Source of the DNA: a virus
Length of the DNA stretch: 56,542 bases
Direction: 5' to 3' (one strand)
Virus record (IMG/VR): IMGVR_UViG_3300045988_107080
Shown: positions 30,445 through 39,543 of the stretch, piece by piece
How the letters are laid out: each line of letters begins with the position of its first letter
Position numbering within the stretch: the first letter of the stretch is position 1
Made by a program: the position numbers and the translations under genes
Notes under the pieces: generated by a model
The model's input: only the letters and a program-made list of their open reading frames with translations
Database searches by the model: none
Told to the model about the DNA's origin: nothing

Positions 30445-30771
30445 GTGGCGAAAGTTAAGAAGTCAGAACCAACTAAAAAATTAAGACCGGGTCTGACACC
30501 AGAATCGAGAGAAAATCAGATGATAGCTCTAGCCGTCGATCTTGCTGAAAAACAGTTACTAGAAGGAACCGCCTCTTCTCAGGTTATAACTCATTTTTTA
30601 AAGCTTGGTTCTACAAAGGAGCGGCTTGAAAAAGAAAAACTGGAAGAGGAAAACAAACTACTTCGAGCTAGGACAGAAGCTCTTCAGTCTGCTAAGAGAG
30701 TCGAGGAATTGTACTCAGACGCTATTGCAGCAATGAGAAAGTATAGCGGAAACGGTGATTTGAATGAGTAA
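30445..30771 (+). CDS. putative small terminase subunit
   Basis: GTG start after GAGGAGG. Small helical protein (LAEKQLLEGTASSQVITHFLKLGS) directly upstream of the HNH gene and near TerL. The call rests mainly on position. Confidence 0.35.
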   Translation: MAKVKKSEPTKKLRPGLTPESRENQMIALAVDLAEKQLLEGTASSQVITHFLKLGSTKERLEKEKLEEENKLLRARTEALQSAKRVEELYSDAIAAMRKYSGNGDLNE

Positions 30772-31213
30772 TAGATCATATTTGGAATTAATCACCATTC
30801 CAACCTTTGAAGAGCGATTTGATTATCTTAGGCTCAAGGGAGCAGTTGGAAAAGAGACATTCGGATACGATAGATACCTTAACCAAGTCCTTTACAACTC
30901 CAGAGAGTGGAAAAGATTTAGGGACCAAATAATAGTTCGAGATAATGGATGCGATTTAGCATGCGAGGATCACGAAATACTTGGTGCTAGAGATAAAGAT
31001 GGAAAACTTCACAGACCAAAGATTATAGTCCATCACATGAACCCGATTACAGTTGAAGACGTACTTGATCGTAATCCAATGGTATTCGATCCGAACAACG
31101 TCATAACTACTACAATGAACACACACAATGCTATTCACTACGGAGATGAAACTCTGTTAGTCGCATCTCCTGTTGAACGAAGCAAGAACGACACTTGTCC
31201 TTGGCGACATTAA
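30764..31213 (+). CDS. HNH endonuclease (packaging-associated)
   Basis: WKRFRDQIIVRDNGCDLAC...IVHHMNPIT...NTHNAIH. Confidence 0.8.
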   Translation: MSNRSYLELITIPTFEERFDYLRLKGAVGKETFGYDRYLNQVLYNSREWKRFRDQIIVRDNGCDLACEDHEILGARDKDGKLHRPKIIVHHMNPITVEDVLDRNPMVFDPNNVITTTMNTHNAIHYGDETLLVASPVERSKNDTCPWRH

Positions 31214-31226
31214 AGGAGGTATTAAT

Positions 31227-31571
31227 TTGGATAGCATATTGACATCAGTTAAAAAGATGCTCGGAATTACAGAAGATTATGAGCATTTCGATGCTGATCT
31301 GATCATGCACATTAATTCAGTGTTTATGATCCTAACGCAACTTGGTGTCGGTCCTTCTGAAGGCTTCAGTATAGAGGGTAAATCGGATACTTGGGATGAC
31401 TTTATCTCAACCGGTTCAAATCTCGAAGCTGTAAAGTCGTATGTATATTTGAAGGTAAAACTTTTGTTTGATCCGCCTCTCAGTTCTGCTGTGATGGAAT
31501 CGATGAATCGGATGATTAGCGAACTTGAGTGGAGGTTGAACGTGTCAGTTGACCCTGGCGAATCTGATTAA
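31227..31571 (+). CDS. conserved phage structural protein (head-tail connector-like, tentative)
   Basis: TTG start after AAAGGAGG. KKMLGITEDYEHFDADLIMHINSVF...YVYLKVKLLFDPP...ELEWRLNV resembles gp6-type connector proteins. Confidence 0.35.
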   Translation: MDSILTSVKKMLGITEDYEHFDADLIMHINSVFMILTQLGVGPSEGFSIEGKSDTWDDFISTGSNLEAVKSYVYLKVKLLFDPPLSSAVMESMNRMISELEWRLNVSVDPGESD

Positions 31572-31586
31572 AAGGAGGTGCAACAA

Positions 31587-31691
31587 ATGATTACAGCAAT
31601 ACTTTTTAATCTTATGAACCAGCTTGGTCTCTATGGTGCAATGTTTTATGTTGCGGCTATAAAGATTCTTCAGATGCTCGGCATAATATGA
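31587..31691 (+). CDS. 34-aa hydrophobic peptide
   Basis: AAAGGAGGTGCAACAAATG. Translates to MITAILFNLMNQLGLYGAMFYVAAIKILQMLGII. Confidence 0.3.
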   Translation: MITAILFNLMNQLGLYGAMFYVAAIKILQMLGII

Positions 31692-31721
31692 ACAATTTGA
31701 TATTCGAGGAGGAAAATCAAA

Positions 31722-32135
31722 ATGGATAATAATGAACTCTATCATTATGGCGTCCTCGGTATGAAGTGGGGTGTAAGACGATCGCCATCTCAGCTCGGTC
31801 ATAAAATCAGAATAAAAAGGAAGAAGAAACCTTCTGAACCGATTCATGAAGATTATAAGAAAGCTCATAGTAAAAAGAGCGTTTCAAGTATGAGCGATGC
31901 TGAACTTCGAAACCGCAATAATCGTCTTCAAATGGAAAGACAATATGCTCAATTAACTAAAAAGAATAGCAAAGGAAAGAAAATAGTGTCCGGTCTTATA
32001 GCCACAGCAGGAACAATTGCTGCAGCAGAAGGAGCCTATAAAACTTATAAAAGAGTTGGTAATCAAATTTTAGACAAGCTTGGCGATTATGCTGTTCGCG
32101 ATATTATGCGCAAAAACATAGGGCGTGCACTATAA
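31722..32135 (+). CDS. GMKWGxRR-motif protein, paralog 1
   Basis: N-terminus is MDNNELYHYGVLGMKWGVRR. The remainder is basic. Confidence 0.55.
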   Translation: MDNNELYHYGVLGMKWGVRRSPSQLGHKIRIKRKKKPSEPIHEDYKKAHSKKSVSSMSDAELRNRNNRLQMERQYAQLTKKNSKGKKIVSGLIATAGTIAAAEGAYKTYKRVGNQILDKLGDYAVRDIMRKNIGRAL

Positions 32136-32151
32136 AAGGAGGCGTCGAGAT

Positions 32152-33897
32152 ATGGCATTATCAAACACAGCCGTTCCAAAGTATTACGGTCAGTTTCGTG
32201 ATGCCGTAATCAGAGGCGAAATACCTGTATGTAAAGAAATCTCTATGGAGATGAACCGAATAGACGACCTTATTGCTAATCCTGCTGTCTATTACGATGA
32301 TCAGGCTGTTGAAGGTTTTATCGATTATTGTGAGAGTGAATTAACTCTAACTGACGGTGAAGATTTGAATCTACTGGATTCATTCAAACTGTGGGCAGAG
32401 GAGATATTCGGTTGGTATTACTTTGTTGAAAGAAGCGTGTATGAACCGTCTCCAGATGGTCATGGTGGACATTATGTTACAAAGTCGATAAAGAAGAGAC
32501 TGATAAACAAACAGTATTTGATCGTGGCCAGAGGTGCGGCGAAATCAATGTATGGCTCTTGCATTCAGAACTTCTTTTTGAACGTCGATACTTCTACAAC
32601 TCACCAAATTACTACGGCTCCTACAATGAAGCAAGCAGAAGAAGTTATGTCGCCAATTCGAACCGCTATAACAAGAGCTAGAGGGCCTCTTTATAAATTC
32701 CTTACTGATGGTTCTTTGCAGAATACTACAGGTTCAAAAGCGAATCGTGTGAAACTGGCATCTACTAAAAAGGGTGTCGAAAATTTCTTAACAGGTTCTT
32801 TACTTGAGATTAGACCTATGAGTATTGATAAGCTCCAGGGTCTTAGATGTAAGATTGCTACTGTTGATGAATGGCTGTCCGGAGACATAAGAGAAGATGT
32901 CATAGGTGCAATAGAGCAGGGCGCTTCTAAGAACGATGATTATCTCATCGTTGCTATAAGCTCAGAAGGTACGGTACGTAATGGAAGCGGCGATACAATC
33001 AAAATGGAGTTAATGGACATCCTTAAGGGCGAGTATATAAATCCACATGTTTCGATTTGGTGGTACAAGCTCGATTCTATCGACGAGGTTGCGCATCCTG
33101 AGATGTGGTTAAAAGCTAATCCGAATCTCGGTAAGACGGTTACCTATGAGACGTATCAGTTAGACGTTGATAGAGCCGAGAATGCACCAGCGACTAGAAA
33201 TGAAATTTTGGCTAAGCGTTTCGGCATACCTATGGAGGGTTATACATATTACTTTACTTATGAAGAAACCCTTCCTCATCGTAAAAGAGACTTTTGGAGA
33301 ATGCCGTGCTCGATGGGAGCGGATCTTTCACAGGGAGATGACTTCTGTGCGTTTACATTTATGTTCCCGCTTGCTAGAGGTGAGTTTGGTGTTAAGACTC
33401 GAAACTATATAACCGAATTAACCCTCATGAAACTTCCGTCTGCTATGAGAAGCAAGTACGACGAGTTTATAAAAGAGGGCAGCTTGATAGTCATGCCGGG
33501 AACTATTCTGGACATGATGCAGGTTTACGAAGATTTGGATAATCATATAGCTCAGTGTGAGTATGATGTACGCTGCTTTGGATTCGACCCATATAATGCG
33601 AGGGAATTCGTAGAGAGATGGGAACGAGAAAACGGACCGTTTGGTATTGAGAAAGTTATACAGGGAGCTAAGACAGAGTCGGTTCCTTTGGGTGAACTTA
33701 AGAAGCTTGCCGAAGAAAGAATGCTTTTGTTCGATGAGGAGCTTATGACTTTTGCGATGGGTAACTGCATTACTCTTGAAGATACCAATGGAAATAGAAA
33801 ACTTTTAAAGAAGCGATATGATCAGAAGATAGATGCTGTTGCAGCTATGATGGATGCTTTTATCGCTTATAAGATTAACAGCGAAGCATTTGAGTAA
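32152..33897 (+). CDS. terL: terminase large subunit
   Basis: Start at the ATG after AAAAGGAGG. Walker A-like VARGAAKS, Walker B ATVDEW, C-terminal nuclease-like region. Size and position are typical. Confidence 0.8.
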   Translation: MALSNTAVPKYYGQFRDAVIRGEIPVCKEISMEMNRIDDLIANPAVYYDDQAVEGFIDYCESELTLTDGEDLNLLDSFKLWAEEIFGWYYFVERSVYEPSPDGHGGHYVTKSIKKRLINKQYLIVARGAAKSMYGSCIQNFFLNVDTSTTHQITTAPTMKQAEEVMSPIRTAITRARGPLYKFLTDGSLQNTTGSKANRVKLASTKKGVENFLTGSLLEIRPMSIDKLQGLRCKIATVDEWLSGDIREDVIGAIEQGASKNDDYLIVAISSEGTVRNGSGDTIKMELMDILKGEYINPHVSIWWYKLDSIDEVAHPEMWLKANPNLGKTVTYETYQLDVDRAENAPATRNEILAKRFGIPMEGYTYYFTYEETLPHRKRDFWRMPCSMGADLSQGDDFCAFTFMFPLARGEFGVKTRNYITELTLMKLPSAMRSKYDEFIKEGSLIVMPGTILDMMQVYEDLDNHIAQCEYDVRCFGFDPYNAREFVERWERENGPFGIEKVIQGAKTESVPLGELKKLAEERMLLFDEELMTFAMGNCITLEDTNGNRKLLKKRYDQKIDAVAAMMDAFIAYKINSEAFE

Positions 33898-33910
33898 GGG
33901 AGGGATTATA

Positions 33911-34510
33911 ATGTGGAAATACAATTATACGCCTAGTACCTACGAGCTTTGCCACCACGGTATTAAAGGTATGAAGTGGGGCGTTAGACGTTATCAGAAT
34001 GCTGACGGTTCACTTACTGATGCTGGTAAGAAGAAATATGGTAAAATGTCTAATGATAAATTATCTAAGACGTTGAAGAAACAAGTGCAAAAGAAAAGAG
34101 CAGAAATTCATGGTGGAGCAAATCGTTGGATGAGTTATGGCGATATCGGAGAAAATTCGAAAAAAGCCATTAAAAAGTTTAGAGAAGACCATAATAAGTA
34201 TAGAAACTCTGATGCTTATAAAAAAGCAGAAAAACAATTTATAGAATTAGACAAAAAGCTCGAAGCTGGAAAAATTGACATTGAAAAGTACGATGCCGAG
34301 TCCAAAAAGATACATGAATCAATATACAATCCTAAATTTGATACAAGTATAACGTATACTGACAAAGGTCGTAAATACGCAAAAGAATATGTAAACGGTT
34401 ATGGTAAAGACATAACTGTCGGTTATCTACAGGATTTAGGGTATAATAAACAAGTATCTGAAGAGTTTGCAAAACGTATAATCAAATCAAATAGAAAAAC
34501 GATATTCTAA
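33911..34510 (+). CDS. GMKWGxRR-motif protein, paralog 2
   Basis: MWKYNYTPSTYELCHHGIKGMKWGVRR, Lys-rich. Start at the ATG after AAGGGAGG. Confidence 0.55.
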   Translation: MWKYNYTPSTYELCHHGIKGMKWGVRRYQNADGSLTDAGKKKYGKMSNDKLSKTLKKQVQKKRAEIHGGANRWMSYGDIGENSKKAIKKFREDHNKYRNSDAYKKAEKQFIELDKKLEAGKIDIEKYDAESKKIHESIYNPKFDTSITYTDKGRKYAKEYVNGYGKDITVGYLQDLGYNKQVSEEFAKRIIKSNRKTIF

Positions 34511-34521
34511 TGCCAAAAAAT

Positions 34522-34552
34522 AAAAGAGCATGCATATTTTGCACACTCTTTT
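34522..34552. terminator. bidirectional hairpin between convergent genes
   Basis: AAAAGAG..TGCA-TATTT-TGCA..CTCTTTT, between the + gene ending at 34510 and the - gene ending at 34559. Confidence 0.55.
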
Positions 34553-34558
34553 AATCTG

Positions 34559-34777
34559 TTAGTACATTATTTTTTTAAATAATTTACCTATTTTTGCTAA
34601 CGGTGCTTTCATATAAGGATCACCATATTTTGCTACTCTTTTTGCATAAGTTCTTTTTGTACAAGAAAACATGTTCATAAATTCTTGTTCTGTAAGTATA
34701 TTATACAAATTTTTAACATTTTTTGTGACCTTAGAATCAGAAGCATCAACTATCAATTTTTTAGGTTGTATAAACAA
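34559..34777 (-). CDS. small basic protein, the only minus-strand gene (moron-like insert)
   Basis: TTG start 9 nt after AAGGAGGTG on the minus strand. 72 aa, Lys-rich. TEQEFMNMFSCTKRTYAKRVAKYG may be an HTH. Confidence 0.5.
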   Translation of the reverse strand: MFIQPKKLIVDASDSKVTKNVKNLYNILTEQEFMNMFSCTKRTYAKRVAKYGDPYMKAPLAKIGKLFKKIMY

Positions 34778-34842
34778 TTTAATGCACCTCCTTCATTAAA
34801 GGAGTTGCAAATAATGCGAACGAATATAAAGGAGGAATATTT

Positions 34843-35406
34843 GTGTGGGAATATAATTATACACCGAGTCCCGACGAACTTTATCATTATGGTGTTCCAG
34901 GAATGAAGTGGGGACGAAGAAAAGCTAGAAGATTTGAAGCAAGGGCAACTAGAAGATTACAAAAAGCTGGACAAATTTATGGACGATCTGAGTACTATAG
35001 AGCCAAAGGTAAAAAAGCTGCTCGACAGCATAATGAAGTGGCAAACGCTTTTAATAAACAAGCAAAAACATATGATGCTCAGGGAAAGGCTTTAAAAGCA
35101 GAAGCAGCACGAAGAGCAGCATCGGCAATAAAGGCAAGAGGTGCCAACGTTCAAGCTCAGAACGATTCCGTAGCTAACAGCTATGAGAAGAGAGCAAATA
35201 AAAAAAGCGAAAAAGCTAAAGCATATGCCACAAAAAAGCATCTTAATATGGGCACAAAAGCAGTAAACAAGATTATATCTGGTTCAAAGCAAAAAGGTTA
35301 CGATAAAGCTAAACGCCGTGATGACAATATTAGAGAGGCTAAACTTAATGATATGCTTGGCGATGGTAATTATAATACTCTTAATAAAATTCGCGGACGA
35401 AGATAA
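34843..35406 (+). CDS. GMKWGxRR-motif protein, paralog 3
   Basis: GTG start after AAGGAGG. MWEYNYTPSPDELYHYGVPGMKWGRRK, followed by an Ala/Lys/Arg-rich helical tail. Confidence 0.55.
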   Translation: MWEYNYTPSPDELYHYGVPGMKWGRRKARRFEARATRRLQKAGQIYGRSEYYRAKGKKAARQHNEVANAFNKQAKTYDAQGKALKAEAARRAASAIKARGANVQAQNDSVANSYEKRANKKSEKAKAYATKKHLNMGTKAVNKIISGSKQKGYDKAKRRDDNIREAKLNDMLGDGNYNTLNKIRGRR

Positions 35407-35444
35407 AATGTCGCGACTAATAAACTAGAGAGGAGAAATTCAAA

Positions 35445-36821
35445 ATGGAGCAAACACTTGGATCTAGGCTGAGACATGCCTGGAATGCTTTTCGGAGTCG
35501 AGCTCCCACGGAAGAATTTAGAGATGTTGGGCAAGGATATTACTATCGTCCAGATAGAGTAAGGCTCACTAGAGGAAACGAGCGTTCTATTGTCACGTCC
35601 ATTTATAATAGAATTGCAATTGACGTTGCATCTGTGGATATTAAACATTGCCGTCTGGATGATAATGGCCGATTCATATCAGAAATAGATTCTGGTCTTA
35701 ATTCTTGCTTGACACTTGAAGCAAATCTCGACCAGACAGCGAGAGCGTTTAAACAGGATATTGTCATGTCTATGTTCGACGAAGGTTGTGTGGCAATAGT
35801 TCCGGTTGACACGACCCTCGATCCAAATAAAACCAGCTCATATGATATTTTGACAATGAGAACTGGTAAGATTCTTGAATGGTATCCGCAGCATGTAAAA
35901 GTAAGAGTTTACAATGAGAAGACTGGAAAGAAAGAAGATATAAAAGTTCCAAAAAGTACAGTCGGCATAATTGAGAATCCTCTCTACGCAATAATTAATG
36001 AGCCGAACTCAACCATGCAGCGTCTCATAAGAAAACTTAGTTTGCTGGATATTACAGATGAACAAACTGCTTCAGGTAAACTGGACTTAATAATTCAGTT
36101 GCCTTATGTAATAAAAACAGAAGCAAGACGTCAGCAAGCTGAAAATAGGCGAAAAGACATCGAAATGCAGTTAGCAAGTTCTAAGTATGGTATAGCTTAT
36201 ACCGATGGTACTGAGCGTATCACACAGTTGAATCGTTCTGTCGAGAACAATCTGTTGAAGCAGATCGAATCTCTAACGAGTACGCTATACAGCCAGTTAG
36301 GAATCACTCAGGCTATCTTAGATGGAACGGCAGACGAAAAGACAATGCTCAACTACAATAATCGAACGATTGAGCCAATTGTGTCAGCTATAGTTGACGA
36401 AATGAAACGAAAGTTTCTAACCAAAACTGCTCGGTCACAAAAGCAGTCAATCTTGTCATTTAGAGACCCGTTTAAACTTGTTCCAGTAAACAACATCGCT
36501 GATATTGCAGATAAGTTTACTAGAAATGAGGTTCTCACTTCGAACGAGATTAGGCAAATTATTGGATTTAAACCTTCTGATGATCCAAAGGCTGATGAGC
36601 TTATCAATAGCAATATATCTCAGCCGAATCAGGGAATGGAGATGCCATACGAAGATCCTTATGCTGAGGAACCTTATGCTGAGGAACCTTATGCTGAGGA
36701 ACCATATGCTGAGGAACCATATGGCGATGAAGTTCCTTATGAAGAAGAGTCAGAAGATTCAATTCCATTAGGTCAAAGACCGTACAGTGAAATTGCTAAA
36801 AAATTCAATGAAGGAGGATAA
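35445..36821 (+). CDS. portal protein
   Basis: 458 aa, lying between the terminase and the protease-capsid gene. Acidic repetitive C-terminus. Confidence 0.65.
   Translation: MEQTLGSRLRHAWNAFRSRAPTEEFRDVGQGYYYRPDRVRLTRGNERSIVTSIYNRIAIDVASVDIKHCRLDDNGRFISEIDSGLNSCLTLEANLDQTARAFKQDIVMSMFDEGCVAIVPVDTTLDPNKTSSYDILTMRTGKILEWYPQHVKVRVYNEKTGKKEDIKVPKSTVGIIENPLYAIINEPNSTMQRLIRKLSLLDITDEQTASGKLDLIIQLPYVIKTEARRQQAENRRKDIEMQLASSKYGIAYTDGTERITQLNRSVENNLLKQIESLTSTLYSQLGITQAILDGTADEKTMLNYNNRTIEPIVSAIVDEMKRKFLTKTARSQKQSILSFRDPFKLVPVNNIADIADKFTRNEVLTSNEIRQIIGFKPSDDPKADELINSNISQPNQGMEMPYEDPYAEEPYAEEPYAEEPYAEEPYGDEVPYEEESEDSIPLGQRPYSEIAKKFNEGG
36657..36731 (+). repeat. 15-bp tandem repeat x5 (CCTTATGCTGAGGAA) inside the portal gene
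   Basis: Three identical units, one with a single change, and one degenerate. Encodes PYAEE x4 followed by PYGDE. Confidence 0.9.
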
Positions 36822-36828
36822 AATCAAA

Positions 36829-38574
36829 ATGGAAAGATTTGATTTTAGCGGATGGGCTACCAAAGCTAATCTCAAATGCTCTGATGGCAGAACCATCATG
36901 AAAGATGCATTTAAGCATAATGATGGACAGACTGTTCCTCTTGTATGGAACCATCAGCACAACGATCCGAATGAAGTTCTAGGTCATGCTCTTCTTGAGA
37001 ACCGAGACGAAGGCGTTTATGCCTATTGCACCTTCAACGATACTGAATCCGGAAAGACTGCAAAGCTGCTTGTTCAGCATGGAGATGTTAATGCACTCTC
37101 TATCTATGCAAACCAGCTTAAACAGAAGATGTCCAATGTGCTGCATGGAAACATTCGTGAAGTTAGTCTGGTTCTTGCTGGAGCTAATCCTGGAGCTTCT
37201 ATCGATTCTATCATTATGCATGGTGAAGAGTCGGACGAAGAAGCAATTATTTATACCGGAGAAGAGATTACTCTTGCTCATTCAAGCGACGCTAAAGATA
37301 GCAAAGGAACTACAAAGGAGGATAATAAAATGGCAGACGATATTAAGAAGACAGACGGTGAAGAGACCGTTGCTGATGTATTTAATACTCTCAGCGAAAA
37401 GCAGAAGACTGTGGTCTATGCGATGATTGGTCAGGCACTCGAAGATGCCGGTGTGACCGATGACGATGATGAAGATTATGAAGACGAAATGGGACATTCG
37501 GAAGGAGACGATTACATGAAAAGAAACGTATTTGACAACGATGAGCAGCAGGAAGATGTTCTTTCTCATGCTGCAATGGAAACAATTATTGGTGATGCTA
37601 AGCGCTTCGGCAGCCTGAAGGAGAGCTTCCTTGCACATGCCGATGAGTACGGTATCGAGCAGATCGACTATCTGTTCCCCGAGGCGAAGACACTCAACAA
37701 TCCGCCTGAGTTCATTAAGAGAGACACTGGCTGGGTTAGCACAGTTATGGGTGCTGTCCATCACACTCCGTTCTCTCGTATTAAGTCGGTATTTGCAAAT
37801 ATAACCGAGGATGAGGCTCGTGCAAAGGGTTATATTAAGGGTAACCTTAAGAAGGAGGAGGTCTTCTCGCTGCTTAAGAGAACTACTACTCCTACTACGA
37901 TTTACAAAAAGCAGAAGCTTGATCGTGACGACGTCATTGACATCACCGATTTCGATGTTGTTGCTTGGCTGAAGTCTGAGATGCGTATTATGCTTGACGA
38001 GGAAATTGCTCGTGCGATCCTTATCGGTGACGGTCGCCTTTCTTCTAGCGATGACAAGATCAACGAGTCCAACATTCGTCCTGTCGTTTCCGATGCTGAG
38101 CTTTATACCATCCGTCAGAAGGTTAGCGTTGCTACTAATGCTACTGATGACGATAAGGCCAAGGCTATGATTAAGGCTGCTGTTAAGGCTCGTAAGAACT
38201 ATAAGGGTTCTGGTAATCCTACTTTCTTCACTACTGAAGATTGGCTGACTAATGCACTTCTTCTTGAGGACGCTCAGGGCCATCGTCTGTACAAGAATGA
38301 TAGTGAAGTTGCTGCTGCTATGCGTGTCAGCAAGATCGTTACTGTTCCGGTTATGGAAGGCGTTAAGGGCCCCGAGGGTGGCGATCTGATCGGTATCATC
38401 GTTAACCTTGCAGACTATAATGTTGGTGCTGATAAGGGCGGTGCCGTCAACATGTTTGACGACTTCGACATCGATTACAACCAGCAGAAGTACCTGATTG
38501 AGACTCGTTGCTCTGGCGCGCTCATTAAGCCTTACTCCGCTATTGAGCTTGAGCTTGATGTCGCTGCTGGTTAA
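36829..38574 (+). CDS. prohead serine protease (HK97/S78-like) fused to the major capsid protein
   Basis: N-terminus FSGWATKAN...VPLVWNHQHNDPNEVLGHA...ALSIYA...IREVSLVLAGANPGASI matches the S78 protease pattern. An acidic linker follows, then a ~330-aa HK97-fold-like capsid region. Confidence 0.7.
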   Translation: MERFDFSGWATKANLKCSDGRTIMKDAFKHNDGQTVPLVWNHQHNDPNEVLGHALLENRDEGVYAYCTFNDTESGKTAKLLVQHGDVNALSIYANQLKQKMSNVLHGNIREVSLVLAGANPGASIDSIIMHGEESDEEAIIYTGEEITLAHSSDAKDSKGTTKEDNKMADDIKKTDGEETVADVFNTLSEKQKTVVYAMIGQALEDAGVTDDDDEDYEDEMGHSEGDDYMKRNVFDNDEQQEDVLSHAAMETIIGDAKRFGSLKESFLAHADEYGIEQIDYLFPEAKTLNNPPEFIKRDTGWVSTVMGAVHHTPFSRIKSVFANITEDEARAKGYIKGNLKKEEVFSLLKRTTTPTTIYKKQKLDRDDVIDITDFDVVAWLKSEMRIMLDEEIARAILIGDGRLSSSDDKINESNIRPVVSDAELYTIRQKVSVATNATDDDKAKAMIKAAVKARKNYKGSGNPTFFTTEDWLTNALLLEDAQGHRLYKNDSEVAAAMRVSKIVTVPVMEGVKGPEGGDLIGIIVNLADYNVGADKGGAVNMFDDFDIDYNQQKYLIETRCSGALIKPYSAIELELDVAAG

Positions 38575-38606
38575 TTTAGCTATTTAATTACAGGAGGTAA
38601 TTTATA

Positions 38607-38894
38607 ATGGATAAGATTTTTGATCAGGCAAAAGACAAGAACGTTGCAGCTCTTGTGATTTATGGTAAGAATAATGATACGAAGGCATATACTGATTCCG
38701 CTTGCACTGTCCAGTTTAAGACTAGTGAGCTTCAGGATGCATTCCTTAAGCGCGCGGTTATCAAGATTGGCGAAGCTTATTTCATTCCGACTGGTTTCGC
38801 TGTTTCGAGCAACATCGGAACAATTACTTATGCTAAGGCTGGATCTAGTTCCGGAAGCGCAGCAACAGCTACTCTTGTCTCTGTTGCTGATTAA
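38607..38894 (+). CDS. hypothetical head-associated protein
   Basis: RBS CAGGAGG. Position directly after the capsid gene. Confidence 0.4.
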   Translation: MDKIFDQAKDKNVAALVIYGKNNDTKAYTDSACTVQFKTSELQDAFLKRAVIKIGEAYFIPTGFAVSSNIGTITYAKAGSSSGSAATATLVSVAD

Positions 38895-38917
38895 ATAAAT
38901 CGAGGTGAAAATTCAAA

Positions 38918-39232
38918 ATGGCGAAATGGTTCGGTAAAATAGGTTTTGCTGAGACAAAAGAAACAAAGCCTGGAGTATGGGAAGAGATCATAACAGTACG
39001 AGAGTATTACGGAGACGTTACTCGAAATACTCGTAGGTTTCAATCATCTGAAAATCTCAATGATAATATAGTAGTTTCAAATGATATTTCTATTGTGGCC
39101 GATCCGTATGCCATTCAGAACTTTCATTCGATTCGTTACATTGAGTTTATGGGTACGAAATGGAAGATTGATAATGTCGAAGTTTCGTACCCGAGACTAA
39201 TACTGACTTTGGGGGAGATTTATAATGTCTAG
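38918..39232 (+). CDS. head-tail joining (head closure-like) protein
   Basis: Position and size. Loosely resembles the gp16-type pattern. Confidence 0.35.
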   Translation: MAKWFGKIGFAETKETKPGVWEEIITVREYYGDVTRNTRRFQSSENLNDNIVVSNDISIVADPYAIQNFHSIRYIEFMGTKWKIDNVEVSYPRLILTLGEIYNV

Positions 39233-39530
39233 TAGGATTGAACTACAGGATGAGCTGGAAAATTTGCTCGGATCAAAAAACGTATATTATCAGCCTCCAG
39301 AGTCAGTAAAAATGGAATATCCAGCGATTGTCTATCGTCGCAGCAATATAAAGAACGACTTTGCTGATAATTTAGCATATAGGCAGTCGCATTCTTATGA
39401 GCTAATAGTGATTGATAAGAATCCCGATAGCGAGATTGTAGAAGAAGTTTCAAAGTTACCGTCTTGCAGATATGATCGTCATTATACCGCGGACAATCTC
39501 AATCACGATGTGTTTACTATATATTATTAA
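39225..39530 (+). CDS. neck / tail-completion protein
   Basis: Position. VYYQPPESVKMEYPAIVY...YELIVIDKNPDS pattern recalled from siphovirus neck proteins. Confidence 0.35.
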   Translation: MSSRIELQDELENLLGSKNVYYQPPESVKMEYPAIVYRRSNIKNDFADNLAYRQSHSYELIVIDKNPDSEIVEEVSKLPSCRYDRHYTADNLNHDVFTIYY

Positions 39531-39543
39531 GGAGGAAAATTTA

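Noticed and set aside
37282-38283. 333-aa minus-strand ORF, the longest antisense ORF in the track
   Set aside because: It lies entirely inside the strongly supported protease-capsid gene. It has no RBS and an Ile/Leu/Ser/Asn-rich low-complexity composition typical of the reverse complement of a coding strand.
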